Positions 19,907-29,874 of a stretch of 64,000 nt of DNA are shown one piece after another. Positions within the stretch are counted from its first letter, which is position 1. Each line of letters opens with the position of its first letter. Where the stretch lies: NCBI GenBank assembly GCA_963796685.1, contig CAWCMR010000025.1, positions 832,001-896,000 on the forward strand, given 5' to 3'. Position numbers and translations under genes: made by a program. Source of the stretch: an uncultured delta proteobacterium. GTDB lineage: Bacteria; Myxococcota_A; Polyangia; Fen-1088. The notes beneath the pieces are model-generated. The model saw only the letters and a list, made by a program, of their open reading frames with translations, searched no databases and was not told the origin of the DNA.

Positions 19907-20359
19907 ATGGATATCATCATCGGCATCGAGATCGAAACCACCGCGCAAAAGCTCTTCGAAGCGCTCACGACAGCCTCGGGCATCGCCGCCTGGTGGACCA
20001 AGGCCAAGACGCAGGCCGCCGTTGGCGCCATCAACGAGTACGCCTTCGGACAGGGAACGGTCACGTTCCGCGTGGACAAGTTGGAACCCAACAAGGCGGT
20101 CGGTTGGTCCGCACAGGACGTCCCGCCCGACTGGAAGGGCACGCGGGTGCTCTTCGAGCTGAGCGACGGCGCACGGGCGGGGGCCGTCACCCTGCGGTTC
20201 AGTCACGCGGGCTTTCCGGCCATGACCCCAGTGGTCGCGTTCACCAACTACGCGTGGGCGCAGTTCCTGCGCAGCCTCAAGCTCTTCCTCGAGACCGGCA
20301 TCGGCGAACCATTCGGATCGCCTGCGTCCATCGCCGCGGGGACCACGCCTCGTCGGTAG
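19907..20359 (+). CDS. SRPBCC/AHSA1 domain protein
   Basis: LFEALTT..GIAAWWT, W.GT...FEL, LRFSH.G, W..FL.SLK..LETG.G.P; RBS AAGGAGG. Confidence 0.88.
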   Translation: MDIIIGIEIETTAQKLFEALTTASGIAAWWTKAKTQAAVGAINEYAFGQGTVTFRVDKLEPNKAVGWSAQDVPPDWKGTRVLFELSDGARAGAVTLRFSHAGFPAMTPVVAFTNYAWAQFLRSLKLFLETGIGEPFGSPASIAAGTTPRR

Positions 20360-20421
20360 TTCGCAACCACGCCCATCCCATTCGCATCCATTTACGAAAG
20401 CAGAGACAAGAGGTAGCGCCA

Positions 20422-21387
20422 ATGGCAAAAGTCATCTTTGGAAACCATATGTCGGTCATCGTTCCACGCGCAGACCGGGACGCCGTTAAGAAATTCTATT
20501 GCGAGGCCCTGGGTGCCGTCATCACCAAGGCCGAGGACGACAGGGACTGCATTCGCCTGGGTGATGATTTCTACATCGTCCTCTATGGGGATGTGCCCGA
20601 CGCGAGCGAGTTCCTCCGCAGCGCGAGAGCGGTCTGGCTCGAGCTCAAATCGGACGATGTCGATGCGCTTGCGCGCAGAATCCTCGATGCTGGCGCCAGG
20701 AAGTTGGAGGTTCCGGATCCTCACCTCTATTTCCAGGCGCCCGGTGGTCAATGCCTCCGGCTGGTCGGGATCGATGAAGATCTCTCTTCCTATGAAGGGT
20801 CTGGGAAAGGCCCAGACGTCAAGGCTCACCTCGCCGCGCGCTCCGCCGCCAGCGGAGCGTCCGAGAAGGGTGCCTCGAAACCAGCGCAGCGACCCAAGAC
20901 CGCCAACCTAAGCGCAGCCGATGCCGCTCGCGCAATCACCGACAACGAGATCGTGCTCGCGACCGTAGAGGTTCCCGTGGCACCCGAACGTGCGCTGCGC
21001 GCGTTGATGACGAACGAGTGCGAAACGTGGTGGGGAGCAGCCGGCGTGTACACGATCGAGGCATTTCGCGCTGATCTCCGCCAGGGAGGACACTGGAGCC
21101 TGGTCATCCGCCTTCCCGACGGAACAGCCCTGCCTTCGAGCGGCGAATTCGCGGAAGTCGCGCCCAACAAGATCGTCCAAACACGGCGCTACGACTTCGA
21201 TCACCCTACCCTCGGTCGGCGCGTGACCAAGGTGACGACGCACTTCCTGCCCGTCGACCGAGGGACGCGAATCGTCGTCCGGCACGAAGACTTTGGCGGC
21301 AGCGAACCCGCGGTCGAGCACGCAGGCGGCTGGGAGAGAATGCTCGATTGGTTGGGGGCCTATCTACGATTGGAGCCGGGCGCGTGA
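20422..21387 (+). CDS. VOC/glyoxalase-like domain fused to SRPBCC/AHSA1 domain
   Basis: N-half: H...KFYCEALG...YFQAPGGQCLRL. C-half: APER...WWG...DLRQGGHW...RHEDF...HAGGWERMLDWL. Confidence 0.78.
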   Translation: MAKVIFGNHMSVIVPRADRDAVKKFYCEALGAVITKAEDDRDCIRLGDDFYIVLYGDVPDASEFLRSARAVWLELKSDDVDALARRILDAGARKLEVPDPHLYFQAPGGQCLRLVGIDEDLSSYEGSGKGPDVKAHLAARSAASGASEKGASKPAQRPKTANLSAADAARAITDNEIVLATVEVPVAPERALRALMTNECETWWGAAGVYTIEAFRADLRQGGHWSLVIRLPDGTALPSSGEFAEVAPNKIVQTRRYDFDHPTLGRRVTKVTTHFLPVDRGTRIVVRHEDFGGSEPAVEHAGGWERMLDWLGAYLRLEPGA

Positions 21388-21409
21388 TGGCAAAACAAGG
21401 AGTAAGAGC

Positions 21410-21754
21410 ATGAATGAGTATGTGTTTCTTTACCGTCGGCCGGCCAAGGACCGGACGGTGCAACAAATGCAAGAGTCGATGGTGAAGTGGCAGGCGTGGT
21501 TCAAGCAGATGGGAGACAGCGGCCACCTCGCCAACTACGGCCAACCCCTCGACACCAAGGGTGGCCGCGTGGTGAAGGACAAAAAGGGTAGCTACACCGA
21601 CGGCCCGTACGCCGAGACCAAGGACCTCGTCGTGGGATTCTCCGTCATCCGGGCCAGGGACTACGACGAGGCCGTGGCGCTCACCAACGGGCATCCCATC
21701 TTCGATCAGGACGGCATGATCGAGATCCGCCCTGTGTTCAAGATGGAAGCGTGA
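21410..21754 (+). CDS. YciI/DGPF family protein
   Basis: YVFLYR, TDGPYAETKDLVVGF, IEIRP; RBS AAGGAG. Confidence 0.92.
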   Translation: MNEYVFLYRRPAKDRTVQQMQESMVKWQAWFKQMGDSGHLANYGQPLDTKGGRVVKDKKGSYTDGPYAETKDLVVGFSVIRARDYDEAVALTNGHPIFDQDGMIEIRPVFKMEA

Positions 21755-23010
21755 AGCTCGACAGCGCATTCTTCCGGCAGGAGGCGGCGCGACTGCTCGC
21801 GGCGCTGACCCGCGCGTTCGGCATGGAGAACCTCGCCCTTGCAGAGGACGTCGTGCAGGAGACGCTGGCCAGCGCGTTCGAGGCTTGGAGCTACCAAGGC
21901 GTGCCACCCCACTACAGCGCCCTGCTCATGACAGCGGCCAAGAACCGTGCGCTGGACGTCTTTCGACGGCAGCGCACGGCTAGGAAGTTCGGCCCCGCGC
22001 TGCAGTGGCACATCGAGAGTGCGTGGGCGCTCGAGCCCGCACTGGACGCGATGTTCTTGCCTGATGCCCTCAAGGATGACGAGCTGAGGATGATGTTCAC
22101 CTGTTGCCATCCCGGGCTCGACGAGGACGTGCAGGTCGCGCTCGTGCTTCACTTGCTCTGCGCGCTTGGCGTCGACGAGATCGCGAGCGCATTCCTCGTG
22201 TCGCCTGCGGCGATGCAAAAGCGCATTTTCAGAGGCAAGAAGGTGCTGGCAGAGGCCGGGAACCTGTTCGAGCTCGGCCGCGCGGACTTCTTGCCCCGCC
22301 TCTCTGCTGTCCATCGTGCGCTCTATTTGCTCTTCAACGAGGGGTATCACGGCGCATCCGCGCTCGCGGTCGTGCGTGAGGATCTATGCAAGGACGCCAT
22401 GCGCCTGGTCCGGCTCCTGGTCGACCACGCGCCGTCGGCGACACCGACCACCCACGCGCTTGCTGCGCTCATGTGGCTCCTGGCCGCTCGCCTGCCGGCG
22501 CGAATTGATGAGGCAGGGAACCTCAGGGATCTATTCCAGCAGGACAGATCCTTGTGGGACACGCAGCTGCTTGCCGAGGGGATGCGCCTGCTCGAGCTGA
22601 GCGCGAGCGGCGCCGAGGTAACGGCGTATCACATCGAGGCCGGCATCGCCGGCATGCACGCCACAGCCGGCGACGCCAGCGAAACGCCCTGGGGGAAGAT
22701 CGTCGAGCTCTACGACGTGCTCATCAAGATTTGGCCATCTCCCGTGGTTGCTCTGAATCGAGCCATGGCGATCGCGCAACACCAGGGGGCGAAGAAGGGT
22801 CTCGCGGCTGTGCAAGCCATCGAGAACAAGGGCCGACTTTTCGCCTACCCGTTCTACGCCGCCGCGCTTGGCGAGCTCCAGCTCCGATGCGGACAGGCCA
22901 AGGTGGCAGCCGAACACTTGCGCCAAGCGCACCGACTCGCGCGAAATGAAGGCGAGCGCCGGTTTCTGGAAGCTCGCATCGCGGAATGTGATCGAAAGTC
23001 GCTGTCGTGA
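21751..23010 (+). CDS. ECF sigma factor with long C-terminal extension (ECF42-like)
   Basis: AEDVVQE, AKNRALD, DDELRMMFTCCHP, LYLLFNEGY, QDRSLWD, SPVVALNRA; coupled to a DGPF gene. Confidence 0.9.
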   Translation: MKLDSAFFRQEAARLLAALTRAFGMENLALAEDVVQETLASAFEAWSYQGVPPHYSALLMTAAKNRALDVFRRQRTARKFGPALQWHIESAWALEPALDAMFLPDALKDDELRMMFTCCHPGLDEDVQVALVLHLLCALGVDEIASAFLVSPAAMQKRIFRGKKVLAEAGNLFELGRADFLPRLSAVHRALYLLFNEGYHGASALAVVREDLCKDAMRLVRLLVDHAPSATPTTHALAALMWLLAARLPARIDEAGNLRDLFQQDRSLWDTQLLAEGMRLLELSASGAEVTAYHIEAGIAGMHATAGDASETPWGKIVELYDVLIKIWPSPVVALNRAMAIAQHQGAKKGLAAVQAIENKGRLFAYPFYAAALGELQLRCGQAKVAAEHLRQAHRLARNEGERRFLEARIAECDRKSLS

Positions 23011-23080
23011 CCCCCGCCCGCGTGTCACTTCCCAGCTCTCCGTCAAGATCACGCCGGCCGGGACGCGCAGGTAGGGCCTT

Positions 23081-23947
23081 TCACCGTGGCCACGGCAGCA
23101 GCGCGGGCGTCTTCTTCATGTGCTCGGCCCAGGCGGGGTGGCGGGAAAGCATGCGGCGGTCCATCCAGGGCACGCTGACGAGCACGAAGAGCAGCGTGAT
23201 GGAGAGGGGACCGACGATCGACCAGGCCCAGCCGGGCTGGGCAGCCACGCCGAAGAGAAACAGTCCCCACCAGAACAGGATTTCCCCGAGGTAGTTCGGG
23301 TGGCGGCACGCTGCCCACAAGCCCTGGTCGAGAATTCCGCCCTCGTCGTGCGGCGAGCGCAGGAAGCGGCGCAGTTGACGGTCGGCGACGGTCTCGATGG
23401 CGATGGCCAGGCCCGCGATGAGCGCGGCGGCGAGATCGACGATGCCGAACCCGGGCCGCGTGAGGGCCGGAAAGATGGGAATCACCCCCAGGAAGACCCA
23501 GGCCGTCGGCAGGACGTGAATCGAGGCCAAGCTGGCCGGCCAGTACGCCTTGCCGGTCTTGGCGCGGATCTCGACGTAACGAAAATCCTCGTCGGCCGGG
23601 CCGCGCCAGCGCAGGGCCCAATTGGCGGTAAGGCGCGCGCCCCACATGGCCAGCAGCGCGAGAACCACGAGCTGGCGCAAGCCGTGGTTGGCGCCCGCCG
23701 CGACGGTCCAATAGAGAGCGATCGGCAAGGGCGCCACGCTCCAGTACGGATCGTAGACGCTGGAGTTGTCGAGCGCGACGCTGAAGGCGAACACGACCAG
23801 CGTGGCGGCAAGGTCGGCGACGGCGGCGATCCAGATCGGGTGCAGGCCCGCTGCCGCGCGCCCGACGGCGAGGGCCACCACCAGAGCGACGACATACGCC
23901 ACCGCGACGAAGGCTTGTCCGGCAGGTTTGGATCGCACGACACGCAC
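23081..23947 (-). CDS. DUF1295 / steroid 5-alpha-reductase-like membrane protein
   Basis: NSSVYDPYWS, WGARL, EDFRY, ETVADRQL, GLW..CRHPNYLGE..FWWG. Confidence 0.88.
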   Translation of the reverse strand: MRVVRSKPAGQAFVAVAYVVALVVALAVGRAAAGLHPIWIAAVADLAATLVVFAFSVALDNSSVYDPYWSVAPLPIALYWTVAAGANHGLRQLVVLALLAMWGARLTANWALRWRGPADEDFRYVEIRAKTGKAYWPASLASIHVLPTAWVFLGVIPIFPALTRPGFGIVDLAAALIAGLAIAIETVADRQLRRFLRSPHDEGGILDQGLWAACRHPNYLGEILFWWGLFLFGVAAQPGWAWSIVGPLSITLLFVLVSVPWMDRRMLSRHPAWAEHMKKTPALLPWPR

Positions 23948-23951
23948 GGGG

Positions 23952-24752
23952 TTATCCTTGGGACTCGCCGTACAACTTGCGCGTCGCCCGGCCCATGATT
24001 CGAATGGCCGTCCGGCGCGGCAGCAGGCGCTCCATGATGAAGGCCGAACATCGGTAGAACGCGCCCGGAACCACGCTCGGGCCGCGGCCCAGGCACGCGA
24101 GGGTCTTCTCGGCGACGTGGTTGGGATCGAGCAGGGGAACTCGGCTCGGGCGCGGCTTGGAGGCGGCATATCCGGGCGTGCGCGTGGCCCCGGCGCGACA
24201 GGCGACCACGTGTACGCCGCTGCCCGCAAGCTCGTCCCACAGGGCTTCGGCCAAGATCGAGTTGAAGGCCTTGGACGCGGCATAGGCGGCGATCCACGGT
24301 CCGCCCTGCGAGCCGGCCGTGGAGGTCATGAGCACGATGCCCCCGCGCCGTCGCGCGGTCATGGCGCGTCCGAAATGGTGCGAAAGAACGAGCGGCGCGC
24401 GGCAATTCACGTCGATCACGCGCAGGTGCTCCTCGACGGGATGGTCGAGAAAGGGGCCGATGGTCGAGAAAGCGGCGTTGTAGACCAGCATGCCGACTTC
24501 GAGCTCTGCGGTGAGGTCCTGGACCTGGGCCAGCCCATCCGGCCGCGCCAGATCCATGGCCAGGGTGCGCACCTCGATGCCGTGGGCGCGGCGCAGGTCG
24601 GTGGCCAAAGTGTCCAGGGCGGCCTGGCCGCGCGCGATGAGCACCAGGTCGAGACCACGCCGCGCGAGCTGCCTGGCGAACGCCTCGCCCAGCCCGACCG
24701 AGGCGCCGGCGATCATGGCCCACGGGCCGTACTGCTCGCGAAAGGTGCTCAT
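23952..24752 (-). CDS. Short-chain dehydrogenase/reductase (17beta-HSD/ketoacyl-reductase-like)
   Basis: YGPWAMIAGAS.GLG, LVYNAA, YAASKAF. Confidence 0.92.
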   Translation of the reverse strand: MSTFREQYGPWAMIAGASVGLGEAFARQLARRGLDLVLIARGQAALDTLATDLRRAHGIEVRTLAMDLARPDGLAQVQDLTAELEVGMLVYNAAFSTIGPFLDHPVEEHLRVIDVNCRAPLVLSHHFGRAMTARRRGGIVLMTSTAGSQGGPWIAAYAASKAFNSILAEALWDELAGSGVHVVACRAGATRTPGYAASKPRPSRVPLLDPNHVAEKTLACLGRGPSVVPGAFYRCSAFIMERLLPRRTAIRIMGRATRKLYGESQG

Positions 24753-25273
24753 TCCGTGGGCATCACCAAATCTTCGCTGAACGGGTGCTCTTGGCATGCC
24801 ATCCGCCAGAGCACGATCATGGGAACGACGATCCAGGAGGCGTTCGCCGCCGACACGACAAGGGGACGCGGCGAGGCGTGCGCGCCCAGCCATTCGTCGA
24901 AAAGGATGATGGTCACGTTGGCCAACATCATCCCGGACCACAGCACCGACGGAAGGCGAATCCACTCGCGCCCGCGGACAAAGGCATAGGTGGCCGCAGC
25001 GTAGAAGGGCCCGAAGAGCAAGACGTCGATCCAGATGGTCGCGCGATACCAGGCCGGGCGCGCCCACAGCAAGGGATCGTAGGTCTTCTCCCACCAGTGA
25101 ATCAACGCGAGGGCGCTGCGTGGGGGCCAGATAGGACGAACGAAGGAAGCCGGATTGCCGATGACGATCTGCTCGAGGCTGATCACGTAGCTGACGAACA
25201 CCAGATTGACGATGAAGAAGCCCAGAAGCCCGATGTCGAGTGGCCGGCGTTTGAGGGGAATGGGCAGCCGCAT
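24749..25273 (-). CDS. EXPERA / emopamil-binding-protein-like membrane protein
   Basis: RRPLD, YDPLL, IDVLLFGPFY, ANASWIVVP; four TM helices. Confidence 0.75.
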   Translation of the reverse strand: MRLPIPLKRRPLDIGLLGFFIVNLVFVSYVISLEQIVIGNPASFVRPIWPPRSALALIHWWEKTYDPLLWARPAWYRATIWIDVLLFGPFYAAATYAFVRGREWIRLPSVLWSGMMLANVTIILFDEWLGAHASPRPLVVSAANASWIVVPMIVLWRMACQEHPFSEDLVMPTE

Positions 25274-25343
25274 GGTGCGAAGACTACTCCAAGCGCTGGC
25301 GCAAGTCGCATTCTGGTGAGGTGTTTGGCATCCTACGGTGATC

Positions 25344-26352
25344 ATGACGACCTTACTCGTGCTGCAGCTCCTTCTGGCCACGGAGCTCCCCGACCTCCGT
25401 GCAATGGACCAAGATCGAGACCCCCTTGCCCAAGGCGAGCGGCTTCGTCTCGCTCGACTATTTCGCCGCCGAGCGAGGCGCCGGCCGGGTTTGGATACCG
25501 GCGGGCAACACCGGCTGCGTCGACGTGCTGGACGTGGCCACCCGAAAAGTCACCTGCATCGAGGGCTTTGCCGTGGCAGAGCGCGAGCGACATGGAAAGG
25601 TTCGACAGCTCGGTCCGAGCGCGGTCAGTCTGGGCGATGGCCGCGCCTTCGTCGGCAATCGCGCCAGCGCGGAGCTGTGCGCGGTCGACACGCACAAGCT
25701 GGTCAAGACCGGGTGTACCACCTTGAGCGCCCCCAGCGACGGCGTTCAGTATGTCGCGGCCACCAAGGAGGTCTGGGTGACGACCCCCAGCGACGCATCC
25801 ATCACCATCGTGGACGTCAGCGATGGCGACCGGCCGAAACAGAAGGCCCGCATCGCCCTTCCCGGCGAGCCCGAGGGCTACGCCGTGGACGCCGCGCGCG
25901 GCCTCTTCTTCACCAACCTGGAGGACAAGGACAAGACGCTCGTCATCGATGTCAAGTCGCGCAAGATCGCGCACACGTGGAGCCCACGCTGCGGGCCCAA
26001 CGGTCCGCGCGGCTTGGCGTACGACCGACGCCGCCGATTTCTGTTCGTCGCCTGCACGGATCGTGCCTTGGTCTTGGATGCGGCCCACGGTGGCGCCCTG
26101 CTCTCCACGCTGGAAACCGGCGCAGGGGTCGACAACATCGACTACCTCGATACCCGGCAGACCCTGTACGTGGCGGCCGGAAAGTCCGCCCGCTTGACGA
26201 TCGCCCACGTGAATGATTGGGGCGCGCTCCAGGCGATGGCCACCTTGCCCACGGTAGAAGGCGGCCGGGTCGTGGTGGTGGCCGGGGACGGGACCGCCAT
26301 CGTCGGCGACCCCGAGCACGGCGGCGTTCTCATGGTCGCGCCGCCCCACTGA
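25344..26352 (+). CDS. Secreted YncE/YVTN-like beta-propeller protein, apparent frameshift at ~25388-25391
   Basis: Signal-like MTTLLVLQLLLA joins the VQWTK... frame after removing one C. LDY, PEGYAVD, NLEDK, P.GLAYD, LFVAC, GVDNIDY. Confidence 0.8.
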
Positions 26353-26432
26353 TACACAATCTCCGAGGGAATTGAATCGAGTCCACCTGGGGAACGTCTA
26401 GAAGTACAATAACCAGACTTAGGGAGGTTCGC

Positions 26433-27201
26433 ATGCACGCTACACGTTCACGGCAGAGTCGCTTGGCAGGAATCTTCGGCATACTTACGCTGTTCGGCGC
26501 CGGGTGTGGCGGTGGCGGGGGACATTCCGGGGGACCTGGGACGGGAAGCTCGTACGCCAGCTTCGCGTGGAGCATCTACGATATCGAGGACACCACCTAT
26601 GTCTCTCCCTTAAGCTGCGCCGCAGTCGGAGCCTCAAGTGTCGTCGTGACCCTCACGGACCAGCAAACCGGGGCCGTCTATACTCAAGATCCGGTCAGCC
26701 TGCGCCGGTGCGAACATGGAGATGTCGACCGCCTACGTTCCTGCTGGGGACTATTCGGTGGGGTTCGATCTGTACGGCGATCCTGCGATCTACGGCGACG
26801 CGACAACCCTGCTCGACAGCTTCGATGCAACCGGCGTCTTTCATCTCTACCCGGGTTTGAACGACTTCAGAGGCACTCTTGCTTCGTTCATTACCCAGTC
26901 TTTCGTTGTCGGCTGGAGCATCTACGCCCAGGGAATCCCCACATCCTGCTCCTACGTCGGAGCCAACTCCGTTGATTTCGATTTCGAGACGGATCTCAGC
27001 AGCGCCCGCATCACCTCGACCTTCGATTGCAACCAGGGTTCGGGGATCAGCTTCTCCATCCCTTTTGAGGCAACCTCGGCACAGTGGCAAATGTACGCCG
27101 TCGATATCCATGGACAGGACATCGCAAGCCTGGCCGGGGGAGCGGTGCCCGTGCCCGGCAACGTAGATATCCACCTGGGCACGCAGCCTCTCAGTTTCTA
27201 G
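26433..27201 (+). CDS. Hypothetical lipoprotein, apparent frameshift at ~26700
   Basis: Lipobox LFGAGC. PVS-C-AGANMEM reading is restored by removing one C. Two repeated 'WSIY...SC..VGA' units. Confidence 0.7.
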
Positions 27202-27287
27202 AAGACCCGGCGCTACCCCGTTGGTAAGTCCTCTGTGGCGCCTTTCGAGTCCCCGTCCCGCGACTCGTGTTAGCGTGATCTTTCACC

Positions 27288-28826
27288 ATGAACCTGGGCC
27301 AGCATCTCGTTGACCTGACCGAGGCCGGTCCCTTCACCGGGGCCGGCATGAGCCTGGTCACCGCGCTGGGTGCCCTGGTCGTTCTGCTGTTTCTGCGCCG
27401 GCTGCTCCCGCCTGAGAACCGCGACCACGGCGGCGTGCTCAAGATCTTTCTCGCCGTGGGCGCGCTGCTGGCGTTCGTGCGCCTGGGCTTGCTCACTCTC
27501 GGAGTCGGTCTTCCGGCCATGGGCCGCCTGCTCACCATGTTGTCCACCTTCTTCGTGGCCATGGGGGTCATCGGCACCGCGGTGATGGGCGTGTTCGAGA
27601 TCCTGCCCCGTCGGGCCAATATTCGTTTCCCGGTGCTCTTGCGCGATCTCGTCCTGGTGCTCGGGTTCGTGGTGGTGATCGCGGGCGTCCTCGGGCAAAG
27701 CGGCGTGGACGTGGCGTCGATGGTGACCACCTCCGCGGTGCTGACCGCCATCCTCGGCTTGGCCCTGCAGAGCACCCTGACCAACCTCTTGGCCGGCATC
27801 CTTTTGCACGTGGACCGCTCGCTCGGCGTGGGCGATTGGGTCCAATTCGGCGAACGCAAGGGGTGCATCATGGAGATCCGTTGGCGCGCGACGGTGTTGC
27901 GCACCACCGACGGCGATACGGTCATCATTCCCAACGGGCACATCACCGCGCAGGAGGTTTACAATTACTCGCGACCGTTGCCGCGCCACCGCGCGCAGGT
28001 TCGCATCGGCTTCCACTACCGCCATCCACCCAATGAAGTCCGCCGCGCGCTCGTCGAGGCCGCGCGCGCGACGCCCGAGGTGCTCTCGGACCCGGCGCCA
28101 GACTGTTTCCCCGTCGAATTCGGCGACTCGGCCGTCGTCTACGCGCTTCGTTACTGGATCGATCGCCTCGACCGCGACGTGGATATTAAGGGCGAGGTGT
28201 TGGCTCGCGTCTGGTATGCCGCCCAGCGCTGCGGGCTCGAGATTCCGTTCCCCATCCGCACCCTTCATCAAGAGAGCAAGGTTGCGGAAGAGGCAAGGGT
28301 TTTGCCCACGCCCGCGCTTCGCCAGCGCATTGCGGTCTTGGAACGGGTCGATCTGTTCTCGACCCTGGAGCCCACCGAGCGCGAATTGCTGGCTAGGGGT
28401 CTGCACGAAAAGCGCTTCGCGGCGGGCGAGGCGCTCATCCGGCAAGGTGCGGCCGGCGACTCCATGTTCGTCATCGCCGAGGGGCGTGTGCACGTGACGC
28501 TTGGCCAAGACAACATCAGTACGACCCTGGCCTCGCTGGCGGCGGGTGATTTCGTCGGCGAGATGTCCCTGATGACGGGCGAGCCGCGCGCCGCGACCTG
28601 CCTGGCGGCCACGGACGTCCTGTGCTACGAGCTCGACCACGCGACCTTGCAGAAGGTGCTGACCACCCGGCCCGCCATCGCGGATCAGATGTCGACGCTG
28701 CTGGCCGCGCGCCAGGAGGGGCTGGCCCGCAAAGGTGGCGAGATCTCCGCAAAAGCTGCGTCGAGAACACCCGAGCACCACCGCGCCCTCGGCGAGAAGA
28801 TCCGGCGCCTGTTCAATCTGTCGTGA
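27288..28826 (+). CDS. MscS mechanosensitive channel with C-terminal cNMP-binding domain
   Basis: LGLALQSTL.NLLAG, GDW, WRAT, IIPN, FGDS, IPFP; C-terminal QG..GDSMFVI..G...GEMSLMTGEPR.AT. Confidence 0.93.
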   Translation: MNLGQHLVDLTEAGPFTGAGMSLVTALGALVVLLFLRRLLPPENRDHGGVLKIFLAVGALLAFVRLGLLTLGVGLPAMGRLLTMLSTFFVAMGVIGTAVMGVFEILPRRANIRFPVLLRDLVLVLGFVVVIAGVLGQSGVDVASMVTTSAVLTAILGLALQSTLTNLLAGILLHVDRSLGVGDWVQFGERKGCIMEIRWRATVLRTTDGDTVIIPNGHITAQEVYNYSRPLPRHRAQVRIGFHYRHPPNEVRRALVEAARATPEVLSDPAPDCFPVEFGDSAVVYALRYWIDRLDRDVDIKGEVLARVWYAAQRCGLEIPFPIRTLHQESKVAEEARVLPTPALRQRIAVLERVDLFSTLEPTERELLARGLHEKRFAAGEALIRQGAAGDSMFVIAEGRVHVTLGQDNISTTLASLAAGDFVGEMSLMTGEPRAATCLAATDVLCYELDHATLQKVLTTRPAIADQMSTLLAARQEGLARKGGEISAKAASRTPEHHRALGEKIRRLFNLS

Positions 28827-29033
28827 TTCGGCGCCCCGAATTTCATGGCCGGCACGCGGTCAGGTGTCCGCACCGTGGCTGGCGGCCCGCGTGAGCGAAG
28901 GAATGGGGCGAGGGTGTGAGCGCTGCGCGGGCCGCGCACGCTCGCGCGAGCCGCCCGCACAGGCCGGGACACGCTGGTCGCTACCGCACCGCTCACGGGC
29001 TCGCCGGCCGACCTGCGCTGACCCTCGCAAATA

Positions 29034-29160
29034 GTCGTCGTACGGGTGAAGACATGAGCACCGCGGATGTGGAGGTGCCGGTTGCGGAAGGTCTGATCGA
29101 CATCGAGGGAACCTCGAACGCGAGCAGGGTGAAGAACATCGCCTTCCAAGGCATCACCTC
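29034..29160 (+). pseudogene. Possible fragment of a right-handed beta-helix (carbohydrate-active) protein gene
   Basis: RTGEDMSTADVEVPVAEGLIDIEG...VKNIAFQGIT resembles a conserved internal segment; no start or end context. Confidence 0.35.
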
Positions 29161-29747
29161 TCCGCCTCCACATGCTCGGCCAAGGCGCGCTCGATGCGGC
29201 GGTCGGGGATGAGCCACAGAACGGCCACGGCGAGGTAGAGGGCGTTGGCGAGCCAGGTGCTGACGAAGGCGAGGGCGATGGCGGCGAGGTAGGTCACGGG
29301 CGAGAGCTTGCCTTTGAGGTCGCGGCCGACGGCTGTGGCGAGCAGGGAGGAGGGGCCGTGGCGGGCGATGATGGCGCGTTGGAGGATGTAATACGCGATG
29401 GCGGCCATGAACAGGACGAACCCGTAGACGGCGGCCGGGGTGGCGTCGAGGTGGTGCTCGCCCATCCAGCCGGTGGTGAACGGAAACAGGGAGAGCCAGA
29501 ACAGGAGATGCAGGTTGGCCCACAGGATGCCGCCGCTGACGTGGCGAACGGAATGAAACAGGTGGTGATGGTTGTTCCAGTAGATGCCCACGTAGAGGAA
29601 GCTGAGCACGTAGCTGGCGAAGATCGGCAATAGGGGCCGCAGCGCTGCCAGGCCCGTGCCCCGCGGGACTTTCAGCTCCAGCACCATGATGGTGATGATG
29701 ATGGCCAGCACGCCATCGCTGAAGGCCTCGACACGGTTGCGCTTCAT
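29154..29747 (-). CDS. TMEM175 (DUF1211) potassium channel family protein
   Basis: RVEAFSDGVLAIIITIMVLEL, YVLSFLYVGIYWNNHH, LFPFTT.W. Confidence 0.95.
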   Translation of the reverse strand: MKRNRVEAFSDGVLAIIITIMVLELKVPRGTGLAALRPLLPIFASYVLSFLYVGIYWNNHHHLFHSVRHVSGGILWANLHLLFWLSLFPFTTGWMGEHHLDATPAAVYGFVLFMAAIAYYILQRAIIARHGPSSLLATAVGRDLKGKLSPVTYLAAIALAFVSTWLANALYLAVAVLWLIPDRRIERALAEHVEAER

Positions 29748-29874
29748 CCGCAACGAACGCTAGCATACGCGGGTTCCCGAGCCACGACTGGGGCCCGGAC
29801 GCGGGAGCACGTAACGGACCATTTGGCCGTCGCCTTCCATCGACGGGGATCGTCTCAAGCGCGGTCTCGATCGT

